A stretch of 64,000 nucleotides of DNA from Klebsormidium nitens. Lineage: Eukaryota; Plantae; Klebsormidiophyceae. The notes beneath the pieces are model-generated. The model was not told the DNA's origin. It worked only from the letters and a program-made list of their open reading frames with translations, and made no database searches. Below are positions 48,601 to 57,814 of this stretch, in pieces. Position 1 is the first letter of the stretch. Each line of letters opens with the position of its first letter. The stretch spans positions 33,691 through 97,690 of the forward strand of contig DF237243.1 in assembly GCA_000708835.1 (NCBI GenBank). Direction: 5' to 3'. The position numbers and the translations under genes are program-made.

Positions 48601-50473
48601 CCCCAACTCCAGTGCTATGCGGGATAGCAGCGAGGCCTCTCTGTATAGCATATGTGAGCCGGACCCGGGCGCACCTCGCGTGGCAGGGGGTTTCACCCCT
48701 CTGAGCGTCGGTGGGGTGCGGCCCTCGGACGTTCCTCTCGAGGGGATCGACTGCCCTTGGAAGTTTAGGAACGGGCTGTCGGAGCTGAGGCCGGCCGTAC
48801 GAGCAGCGGCCTTCCGATGGTGTAACTTTCGGAAGGGCCAGGGTCAGGGGGCCAACTTGCCTCTTTCGGCGGAGGAGTTCGTTGCCATGCGTCAGGGGTT
48901 GCCGGCAAACGTGAGGGCCCTGATCGACCTTGCGACAGAATCCGGGGCCTGTGCTGATCCCAAGAACTGCGCCATCTGCAAGGCGGTCCCGCGCCGGCCT
49001 TGGATGGACGAGGTGTTGAAGAAGGGTCCTGTAGCGCCCACCGGTTGGTGCCCGACCCATTTCCAGCCATATGCGGCCCTCCTGCACGCCCTCCTGATAC
49101 CCCGCTACAGCTGGGTTTTTGGCCACATCGTGACACTGAAGCTCCTTCGACGTCTGTTGCTGGAGGGGCCTCTGGACGACCTGGAGCTCGCTTACCTCGC
49201 CCAGGATGGGCCAATGCTAGCCAACATTCTCCGACTGCACGTGCAAACGGTTTCTCCAAGGCAATACGCGTTTCCAACGGCACTGCGTCCGCTCATTCGG
49301 GACATCTACGCCACCAACCTCCTCTGTTCAACGAACCGAGTGCCAACCGCCCTGGCAGCGCCTCAACTTGCTCCCCTCTCGCTGCCCTCCTCGATGCTAC
49401 GGAGCATCTGTGGGCCTTGGAGTGTGAGAGACGTCGGTCTCTGGGCAACTCAGGAGATCCTGGCATGGTCTATACGGAACAGCGTGGAATTGCGCTCAAG
49501 GGGGCCGCCAACGCTCTCCTCTTCGAGATTGAGGTTCGAGAGCCGCAATGCTACGGTTCTGATGGCTTTCTACGGGAGGCCTCGGCTGTCTACAAGGAGC
49601 GCGTGGGGGCCGTGTCAATCTACGACTTCCATCCGCTGCTCTATGGCCGGCCGCAAAAGTTCACGGATTGGGAGGACGCATCCGGTCGGGGGAAGAAGGG
49701 CTCGGAGGAGCGGCTTGCGCAGCACTGTGGGGCCCCGAATCCTCGCTCGTCGAAAGGCCGAGCGGGGATGTTCATTGCATGCTGCCAGGATCGCGCGCCC
49801 CTCGGCTACCATTGGCTTAAGGGTGGCGAGAGCGTGTCCGATAAGTTGGGAACGGTCCTGATCACACGCTTCCCCTTCAAGACGCTGCGCGGCCTGACGA
49901 TAGTGGAAGACGCTGCCTGTAATGCCCAAGAGTGGCTTCTCAACCGGTGAGTGATACAAGTTGCTTAACTTGTGCATCTCCATTAACTTGAGATGCATTA
50001 ATGTTGTGGGTCTTCAAGCTTCTATTGAGCTTTGGTGACCGAAACGCCCTATGCATGCAAGTTTTCCGTTCATGGCCTTTACTAACAATCTTTACAACTC
50101 TCTTTTGTGCAGGGTGCCACAGCTGGCAAAATATATGCTCTTCCTCGTCGACCGCTTTCACTCTGGCCCAATCAGCTGCGCGCCCGCTGGAGCGGCCAAG
50201 CGTTATGCGACGCACACTTGCTCGCCGACTTTGTTCATCGACTCCTACTCGCAGCACGATCATACCGTGACAACAGCCAGTGAAGGGATCAATTCGGGCT
50301 TAAAGCGATCGGCGGCTAGTCTCCAGCAGATCACAAGCATTAGACGCTTGATGAGTAGGATCACAACGATTCTTGACACTCTGTTTGAGAGATCGAAGTA
50401 TGCACTGTATTATCAGTCTCAAAGCGATGTTAGGAGCAGTCCGCTACGGGAGATTATCAGGGCGTCTCGTTAA
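45677..50473 (+). CDS. KDZ (Kyakuja-Dileera-Zisupton)-type transposase with N-terminal RING-like, SWIM-like and CxC-type Zn domains; 2 introns and 2 apparent -1 frameshifts
   Basis: Exons 45677-47529, 48197-49946 and 50113-50473 (GT-AG, in phase). Motifs: ICPGGGGHLLCLRC...CPFC; YTCMCGQRACREH; FCSRCSERERCPH; RRVC...YDGQ/EDAIFNFSGTTLISHGLL (CxC-like); ITFDGT; GMFIACC; GGES...LITRF; IVEDAAC...LN/R; FLVDRFH...HTCS; ASEGINSGLK, matching the KDZ catalytic-region pattern. Frame changes near 46750 and 49320. Confidence 0.8.
47537..48106 (-). CDS. XPA/Rad14-like C4 Zn-finger plus XPA-C domain protein (189 aa) with possible F-box-like N-terminal segment, nested antisense in KDZ intron 1
   Basis: ATG 48106 to TAG 47537, wholly inside intron 47530-48196. 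CSKC-x18-CDYC is followed by LTTLEARKLYHVQDL...YYLKSDVHKLAIRTHGG...AKAKRKKQRR, paralleling XPA CEEC-x17-CDNC...LITKTEAKQEYLLKDCDL...LYLKLQI...WGS. LSLRDLAASASTCK recalls an F-box helix. Confidence 0.7.
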   Translation of the reverse strand: MAANEKFASALSVIGQKGALSLRDLAASASTCKDAQAYIGGVMHEFPVPFNRTPGPKPLMEIRPWQACSKCGRLTDLVWPLPPHEELVVCDYCIHTGYESLLGCLTTLEARKLYHVQDLSNLQWVPHPEKRLKTRYYLKSDVHKLAIRTHGGPECFKAFQGAKAKRKKQRRAQSAINTEQSVIGPGGEN

Positions 50474-50603
50474 CGACAGGAGCCCGCCTTGCTCTTATGA
50501 CTGTATTACTCTATTACCCACCTGGAAGGTCCGAGACGCTCTTGACGCCTCCTAACAATCCAACATGGCCCGGCCATCAAAAGCGACATTGCAACCTGTT
50601 GAG

Positions 50604-50706
50604 AGGGTAATAGGGTAATAGGGTAATACGGATCTCAGATTGCGATCGTTTGTGGGTTGGGTCATGTGTGATGTATAAAGTTATGAGGGTAATAAGGGGG
50701 TAATAA
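50604..50706. repeat. (AGGGTAAT)3 plus two further gggtaata copies between convergent 3' ends
   Basis: agggtaat x3 at 50604-50627; agggtaata and gggggtaata at 50686-50706. Confidence 0.8.
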
Positions 50707-50762
50707 GCACTTTGGTACTACTTGTACAGTCGAGGCCTCATTGTCTTCTGGAAAGGGCCATT

Positions 50763-53744
50763 TCATTGTTCGGACTCCTCCTCCTTGCACGCACGCACGT
50801 GACTTTGTGAGCAGTTCGTGCACAACGGTAAACCCTCAGGAGAAAGTCTGACGGTCGATGGGCCTGCTGTGGGGTCCTTTTTGGCCATGTAATGGTCCTT
50901 GCCGTCAGTATCTTCCTTATAGCCCGAGTATCGACACCATCGTCCGACCCACTCAATGGTAGACGACCACAACTTCTCGGAATGCAGAGCTTTGCATATG
51001 ATTCCTTCCGGGGGGAACCACCATCCCTTGTGTGTTGGGATTTTCTGGATGCTTCTTGCTTGAGGTTGCATATCAAATTTGCCGTTGAGGTTACTAATTA
51101 GGACATTGACGTCCATATGTCGGTCCTCTTTGATGTCGAGTGCCGAGAGAAACGTATCGTATGTCGCTTTAATATCCACCGAAGCTACCCAAGTTTCTAC
51201 AGAAGGGTGAAAGCAACCGTTCTCAAGCAGCGCCTGCATCATCTTGACGTGTGGAGGTATGGAGTGATCCTTTAAACTCTCGCCCCATGCGGTGACTGGG
51301 ATCGTCTGCGGATTCCAATCAGAGATGTCGATCGAAGAGAGGTACTTATAGAAGCTCAAAGCCGTTTGCGGATCTTGGAGCTCTTTTATGAGACCGTCGA
51401 AGTACTCCTTGTTGCCAACCATGGCGCCAGAGCATTCCTGGCAGGAATACCGCCGATCCCCCGCCTCTCGTTTGACCGGCCATGTATTATTTGTTGTGAA
51501 AATAATGTTGCTCACGTCCTTGGTCTTTATGGCATCAAAACCCTTCTTTTCTACGCAGGTCTCCGACTCTGTTATCAGTGACTTCATCCGATCGTTGAGC
51601 TTGTAGGCTCCTCCCCAGTTTCCAGCCTCGTCAAAGACGATCAACAACCGATTGGCAGATAATGCATTGAATTGACCGATCACCTTTTCGATCTCATTGC
51701 AATATAGATAGTTTTTGCTTCCAATGATCATCATCCCCAAGAAGTCGGCCAACATGGATTTGCCGCACCCTTGCGGGCCTCGAAGAACCCAGGCAACTCC
51801 GATCTTCTTTCTTGGTCTTTGAACGGCGTGGGCCATCCACTTGACGTTGTATGCGAATCTTGTTTCGCACCCGTCGCTGAGGATGGCCCTGATGTGCCAC
51901 ATGAGCTTGGGCATTTGCAACTCACAGTCGGCCATCTCGGAAGGTTCTAGCTTTTGCAGAAGAGGCTTGAACTCCAGTCCGCAGAATAGGTTGAAGTGAC
52001 GCGAAGTAACCTTGCTTAGGTCAGGCTCGAAGACAATCCGGTCGTACTCCTGTCGCTTCGAGTTGCTTTCCCAGAACTTTGCAGCTTCCTTGTTCTTGCC
52101 GGGCAGACAATCCAACTGAATGTTCCTGCACCGTTCAATAAAGTTGTGGCCTGGCCTTTCTATCACCTCTTCTCGTTGGAGGTTGCCGTCTTTGTCACGG
52201 CAGAAGACGAGCTCGGTATAAACCGTCTTGTTTCCTCCAATCACAACCGCAAAATAGGCGTTCATCACCTTGATAAGAAGATTGTACATGTCGTTCCTGC
52301 GCTTCTTCCTTTCAGCCGCTTCCTCTTTACTAAGCTTCTTCGTTTCATCGCTTCTTGGAACCAAATAGCGCTCACATTCTCGGATCATGGACGCCTCTGC
52401 TCTCAGCGGCAAGCACTCCGGCCAATAATAGATCCCAAGCAAGCACGCTAGACGTTTGATGCACTCTGAACTTAGACAACGGTAAAGTAGAATGGCACCA
52501 TTGCACAGGATGCTGAAGTTGTTTGAGACGTGTTCGCACCCGTTCAAGCACGTTCGCGTGCCAATCGTTTTAAACTTAAGGACTTGCCAGCCTGTCTGAG
52601 TCCTCATCCCAACACCATTGAAACGACTTTGGTCCTCTGGCAACACGTTTTGCAGCATCTCTCTAATTGCAGTGAGAGCGGGCTGCAACCCAGGCAAAAT
52701 GGAATCCATATTCAAGTCCGAGCCCCCTGTTGATTCTTCAGCTTGTGTGTACTGATTGTTGGGCGAGCTGATGCGCCTGTTCGAGTTGCTGAGGCTTTTG
52801 TTGACCTCCACATTTCCCGTTGTACTACCGACTGCCTTTGTTGACGTGTCGTTCAGGAATCGAACCAACCACGGCGGCATAGCGACTCGTGGTGTGGTTT
52901 CATCACCTTCTATCCAGGAATAGCCAAAGGCTCTGCCCTTGTTATCTTGGTAACTCGAGGGGCTTACAAAAGCTATTCCGTTGCTTCCACGACCATCAAT
53001 CGCCCATGTAGTACCTTCGTGAAGGATTGTCGAGAAGTTTAATGGATTGAGAAGCCCTTCGGTCTTGCTTGCAGAGAAAAAGTAGTGTAAACCGTTTCCT
53101 GAACCTGTTCTTGCCTTTAATGTGATGATGTCACCGTGTTTCTTTATCAATTCCTCCCACAGTTCTGTTCCAGCCTCCTTCCCTGCGTTCGTGTCTGTGG
53201 CCTCCTTCCTTTCTGCGTCTACATCAAGCAGAAATATGTCCGAAATCCCACACAGGACCGCCAAAGCGTTCACGTTCGATGGCGCTCGGCAAACATAGGC
53301 ATCGATCCTCTGTTTGTATGCCTCGGTGGACGTCCATAATGGTTTGTACCCTCCTTTACTGAAGATGGGCTTCTTTTTCCCATCCGAGTCCATTTCGAGC
53401 CTTAACGGGATGGCATACATGCCTTGCTTGTAGAGCGATCGGATCGACTTTACCAAAGGGTACTTGTGTCTGTTGATCGATCTCCTAGGGGTGTTGATGG
53501 TGGTATCGTCTGGTTCGAAAAGTGCCCCACTCTGATCGACAACCAGCAGCCGAATGTCGGCATTTGGCGGCATGTCAGTTGATAAATCGGGGTTCTTCGT
53601 TGGAGCATTCATACTCGGCACCTGCTGTGGCTTCGGCACTTCATTCGGTGGTGCTGTGGCCAAAGCAGCATCTAGGGTCTGATGAGGCCTTGAGCCACTT
53701 GCTAGCACACCGGTTTGGAAGGTGCTGATCATGGCGGGCTCCAT
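50763..53744 (-). CDS. Intronless primase-helicase: N-terminal bifunctional Prim-Pol, central Zn finger, C-terminal D5-like SF3 helicase (993 aa)
   Basis: Prim-Pol motifs FLLDVD, RTGSGNGLHYFF, IDGRG...FVSPSSY, PWL. Zn motif CLNGCEHVSNN...YRCLSSEC. SF3 Walker A GPQGCGKS, Walker B IVFDE, motif C IIFTTNN, and GDRRY. Confidence 0.92.
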   Translation of the reverse strand: MEPAMISTFQTGVLASGSRPHQTLDAALATAPPNEVPKPQQVPSMNAPTKNPDLSTDMPPNADIRLLVVDQSGALFEPDDTTINTPRRSINRHKYPLVKSIRSLYKQGMYAIPLRLEMDSDGKKKPIFSKGGYKPLWTSTEAYKQRIDAYVCRAPSNVNALAVLCGISDIFLLDVDAERKEATDTNAGKEAGTELWEELIKKHGDIITLKARTGSGNGLHYFFSASKTEGLLNPLNFSTILHEGTTWAIDGRGSNGIAFVSPSSYQDNKGRAFGYSWIEGDETTPRVAMPPWLVRFLNDTSTKAVGSTTGNVEVNKSLSNSNRRISSPNNQYTQAEESTGGSDLNMDSILPGLQPALTAIREMLQNVLPEDQSRFNGVGMRTQTGWQVLKFKTIGTRTCLNGCEHVSNNFSILCNGAILLYRCLSSECIKRLACLLGIYYWPECLPLRAEASMIRECERYLVPRSDETKKLSKEEAAERKKRRNDMYNLLIKVMNAYFAVVIGGNKTVYTELVFCRDKDGNLQREEVIERPGHNFIERCRNIQLDCLPGKNKEAAKFWESNSKRQEYDRIVFEPDLSKVTSRHFNLFCGLEFKPLLQKLEPSEMADCELQMPKLMWHIRAILSDGCETRFAYNVKWMAHAVQRPRKKIGVAWVLRGPQGCGKSMLADFLGMMIIGSKNYLYCNEIEKVIGQFNALSANRLLIVFDEAGNWGGAYKLNDRMKSLITESETCVEKKGFDAIKTKDVSNIIFTTNNTWPVKREAGDRRYSCQECSGAMVGNKEYFDGLIKELQDPQTALSFYKYLSSIDISDWNPQTIPVTAWGESLKDHSIPPHVKMMQALLENGCFHPSVETWVASVDIKATYDTFLSALDIKEDRHMDVNVLISNLNGKFDMQPQARSIQKIPTHKGWWFPPEGIICKALHSEKLWSSTIEWVGRWCRYSGYKEDTDGKDHYMAKKDPTAGPSTVRLSPEGLPLCTNCSQSHVRACKEEESEQ

Positions 53745-53843
53745 CTCTTAGTACATTGTCCCAAGATTTTTTCACGAGGCTTTTCGAACGCGGTTGCGTT
53801 TGAACCAAAGCATATTTTCTGCGCAAGAAAGTAGGAGCAATCC

Positions 53844-54006
53844 ATGGAACTAGCCGACCTCACCAGCAGAGAAACGACCAACATGGGCTGTACCTGCAAG
53901 AATTGCCTTTATGTGAAGCACTTTCACGAACGGCATCCAAATGCACACAAAACGTACATGAAGCGCCATTACACGAAAAAGAGGACCGAGATTCTGCTAA
54001 GACAAG
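53844..54006 (+). CDS. Small basic Cys/His-rich ORF, truncated by assembly gap
   Basis: MELADL...GCTCKNCLYVKHFHERHPNAHKTYMKRHYTKKRTEILLRQ. Starts 99 bp from the divergent D5 ATG; stop not sequenced. Confidence 0.5.
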
Positions 54007-54874
54007 NNNNNNNNNNNNNNNNNNNNNNNNNNNNNNNNNNNNNNNNNNNNNNNNNNNNNNNNNNNNNNNNNNNNNNNNNNNNNNNNNNNNNNNNNNNNNN
54101 NNNNNNNNNNNNNNNNNNNNNNNNNNNNNNNNNNNNNNNNNNNNNNNNNNNNNNNNNNNNNNNNNNNNNNNNNNNNNNNNNNNNNNNNNNNNNNNNNNNN
54201 NNNNNNNNNNNNNNNNNNNNNNNNNNNNNNNNNNNNNNNNNNNNNNNNNNNNNNNNNNNNNNNNNNNNNNNNNNNNNNNNNNNNNNNNNNNNNNNNNNNN
54301 NNNNNNNNNNNNNNNNNNNNNNNNNNNNNNNNNNNNNNNNNNNNNNNNNNNNNNNNNNNNNNNNNNNNNNNNNNNNNNNNNNNNNNNNNNNNNNNNNNNN
54401 NNNNNNNNNNNNNNNNNNNNNNNNNNNNNNNNNNNNNNNNNNNNNNNNNNNNNNNNNNNNNNNNNNNNNNNNNNNNNNNNNNNNNNNNNNNNNNNNNNNN
54501 NNNNNNNNNNNNNNNNNNNNNNNNNNNNNNNNNNNNNNNNNNNNNNNNNNNNNNNNNNNNNNNNNNNNNNNNNNNNNNNNNNNNNNNNNNNNNNNNNNNN
54601 NNNNNNNNNNNNNNNNNNNNNNNNNNNNNNNNNNNNNNNNNNNNNNNNNNNNNNNNNNNNNNNNNNNNNNNNNNNNNNNNNNNNNNNNNNNNNNNNNNNN
54701 NNNNNNNNNNNNNNNNNNNNNNNNNNNNNNNNNNNNNNNNNNNNNNNNNNNNNNNNNNNNNNNNNNNNNNNNNNNNNNNNNNNNNNNNNNNNNNNNNNNN
54801 NNNNNNNNNNNNNNNNNNNNNNNNNNNNNNNNNNNNNNNNNNNNNNNNNNNNNNNNNNNNNNNNNNNNNNNNNN

Positions 54875-55982
54875 GCTTACGTTCGTAGCTTCTCATAGCC
54901 GTGGGCCAATCGTGAAGCATCCGTTTGGCTACAGCCTCCCGTTGAACAATCGAGTGGTCCCCCTTAAAGGCGTCAGATATGTAGACATGTCTGAGATGGT
55001 TCATTGTAAGGTACCGTCCTTTGCTGAATTCGATGCCGGCGACGAATCGACTGAGGTAATTGTCGGACATTGGCGTCGTGACATCATTGAGCCGTGTCAA
55101 GAAGTATGCCCTTGGAATGAGGACCAAAGACCGTTTGATATATTGCGATAACCGTTTGCTCAATTCGAAATCCTGGCGTCCATACCGAGATGCGGTTTTG
55201 AAGGTCGTAAGTGTTAAGACGAAAGAGTCTTTGGAGCACTCCTTCAGCGCGTTGCCAGATTGCTCGTGCACACCCTGCGCTTCGGCGCTATGAAAGGAAC
55301 CGTCTGGCTTTTGTAGAGGGAGATTGCTGAAATCCCGACGTTTTGGCGGCTCGAGGGTATTCGCGGCTAGCACGAGATGCTGAAAGACCGTTTTGATGTC
55401 GTCTCGTTCTAGTGGTCTTCCAAGTTGGTAAGTGTGGACGATCTGCCGTCTGATCTTTCGCCCGAGCTCTTCCATTTTTGCCTTGATTTCTGCCATACTG
55501 ATCCAGTTTTCTTGCTCCCTTTGAGTGGGCGTTTGACATAAGGTTTGATTGCTCTGCTTGTTTTTCGCCAAAAGGAACGCGGCAAAGAACTGGTCGTACG
55601 CTTCGCCCCATTTTCGTGACTTTGAGATGGCCATCAGGGGTGTAAGCTTGTTGCAGAGGCTTCCTGGAGACCATGCCGCCTTTGCGGCGTTGCTTTGGCG
55701 TTCTCTTATGGCGTTCACGATGGTGCCGGCGTCTCTGATCCAATCTATGTCTGTCGGCAGCTCCGCCGTTTCATTATTGGTGATTAAGCCGTATATGATC
55801 CTTAGGCTATTGATGTACTGGGAGCAAGTTGATTCGGCACGATGTGAGCCGTCCTGTAAAACACTGAGATGAACCTGCTCACCACACATAGGGACTGCTC
55901 TCAGCTCGTTTGCTTGGTTGTCCCTGGGTGCTTCTTCGGTGCTTTGCTGAGTTGCCATTGCTGTTGTTGTGATCGTATGCAA
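54875..55982 (-). CDS. Tyrosine recombinase/integrase, intronless; last codons run into gap
   Basis: Catalytic pattern R (PPKRRDF), K (TFKTASRYG), HxxR-like (MNHLRHVYIS), H (KRMLH) and Y (MRSY) in the expected order. QENWISM also recalls integrases of Polinton-like viruses and NCLDVs. Confidence 0.85.
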
Positions 55983-55984
55983 GA

Positions 55985-56228
55985 TTATAATTCTACAATT
56001 ATCAAACGTGCCTCAATCAAAAATTCCGAATTATCTCTTTCGGAAAGGTTATATGTGGGTTATATGTCACAAGTCACAGGTTATACTCGATATTCCAGAA
56101 TTGTGATTCACGGGGGTCGTATTTTTGAGATGGTGCTCCGAAGTGAAAAATAACAAACGGAATAAACGATATAGGGATCAACATCTACTCTGAGAATTTC
56201 TAGAAATTATCCAAAGACGCCAGAATTA
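55985..56228. promoter_or_regulatory. AT-rich divergent intergenic region, probable bidirectional promoter
   Basis: Visibly AT-rich spacer between the head-to-head recombinase ORF and ORF 56229. No specific motif established. Confidence 0.35.
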
Positions 56229-56933
56229 GTGACGGAGCATGTTCGCAAATTTAGTGCATCAGGGTTCCTTGCTTTCATTGATAGCAATTGCTCTTTTCTA
56301 AATAGCATGGACACGCGGGATCTTGCTACAGGGTCCATCCTATGGCTACTGCATATTTTCACCGGTTCTACTACAGATCGAATGGATGACCAAGACTCTC
56401 AGCATCTCACAGCCGGAAGCAGCAATTGCCGATCCTTTCGTATCCTAGGCGCGTTCGACATGTCCAAGAGCTCAATAGTGGATCGATCCAATCTCCTGAA
56501 TAACGGTCGATTCCTCATTAGCGCAAGCAACGGCCGAGTTTCTCAAGTTGGTACTCGTGCTGGCAGTATGCTCTACCGGAGACTCAAAGATACAGAAATC
56601 GATCGACTGCCATACAAGGCAGGAGTGCTTGCAGAAGAGACGACCAGAGGAAGCCGTCAAAAACGCTATGCATACGAAGTTACCTTGAGCAGCTTACCAA
56701 TCGAAAAGCAAGCTTCTGAGCATATGGCCTTCCAGGGCTCCTATAAAACAACCGCCCTCAAGATGAAAGTGGAAGACTTCTACAAAGCAATGCATCCGGC
56801 CAACCGCCGGACGCGTGGCAGGTTGATTTCGTTCATTGAAGACGGCGACGTCAAACCCCGTCCACCGCGAAGCAAAGTTCATGTGCGTACAAAACCAATC
56901 ATTGCAAAAACGAAGCAGGTTTCGACAGAGTAG
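56229..56933 (+). CDS. Hypothetical protein (<=234 aa; true start may be a downstream ATG)
   Basis: Uninterrupted ORF packed between neighbours, with a basic C-terminus. No motif recognised. Confidence 0.55.
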   Translation: MTEHVRKFSASGFLAFIDSNCSFLNSMDTRDLATGSILWLLHIFTGSTTDRMDDQDSQHLTAGSSNCRSFRILGAFDMSKSSIVDRSNLLNNGRFLISASNGRVSQVGTRAGSMLYRRLKDTEIDRLPYKAGVLAEETTRGSRQKRYAYEVTLSSLPIEKQASEHMAFQGSYKTTALKMKVEDFYKAMHPANRRTRGRLISFIEDGDVKPRPPRSKVHVRTKPIIAKTKQVSTE

Positions 56934-56982
56934 AACGCTCTTCAGACCTTGCATCAGTACAACCTCAGATCAGCGATCTGAT

Positions 56983-57609
56983 TCATTCTGAAAAGGGTGC
57001 TCTACGAGTCTTTGAAGGGTTAGCAAGAGCGTCGAGATGGAGATCCATGACTTCAGAGTTTTCATCCCAGAAACGGCTGCGGTAAGGGGTTTCAGAGGCA
57101 TCTTCATTGGCCCAATCATGCGGAACGTCAGTTGGAGATCTAAAGTCTATTTTGTATGCCAGATCGTCCGCTAAAGCCTTGCTTCTTTTCTTATGCATTT
57201 TGAAGTGTGATTGTCGCAGACGTTGGGCGTCTCTTCTTGCCCTATTGGCCCGCTTTAAAGCAAGACTCCAGTCAACGTGAACCGTATAAGGAGATTCGTG
57301 CAAACCGGATTTATCCCAGTACGCATAGAAGCCCTCAGCCACCAGAGCTCTAACGACACTGCGTGTGATATGATGAAGGCTGAATGGCTTGGTTAGAGCT
57401 CGTATGCCGGCTAGGATTCCAATGTCGAGAGTCTTACTTAGAAGACCTTGCTCTTCGAAGCACCTTACAATTGCAAACTTTACCGATTCAAACACTGAAC
57501 GGTCCATCTCTTTTATCATATGCTGCTCACGTGGTATGAATCCAATTATCGCTTCCATACATTCGTGTCGAAAACATGATTGATCACATGCCATGCGGTA
57601 TACATGCAT
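56983..57609 (-). CDS. Hypothetical protein (208 aa)
   Basis: Uninterrupted ORF convergent with 56229-56933 (49-bp gap); helical, protein-like composition. No motif recognised. Confidence 0.6.
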   Translation of the reverse strand: MHVYRMACDQSCFRHECMEAIIGFIPREQHMIKEMDRSVFESVKFAIVRCFEEQGLLSKTLDIGILAGIRALTKPFSLHHITRSVVRALVAEGFYAYWDKSGLHESPYTVHVDWSLALKRANRARRDAQRLRQSHFKMHKKRSKALADDLAYKIDFRSPTDVPHDWANEDASETPYRSRFWDENSEVMDLHLDALANPSKTRRAPFSE

Positions 57610-57814
57610 TGGGCTAGATATCTATGTGCATAGATAGGCTCAGATCCTTACCACTGCTTGGATTTAAGGGGCAACTTAGCTCTCACATACAAATACAATG
57701 GCTACATCTAGCATCTTGACAAACAAAGCGAATAAATTACAAGCTCGAGGATGACCACGTGATCAACGTTGACCCTAAGCTAACGCAGCACTAACAAGAT
57801 ATATACACCTTGAG

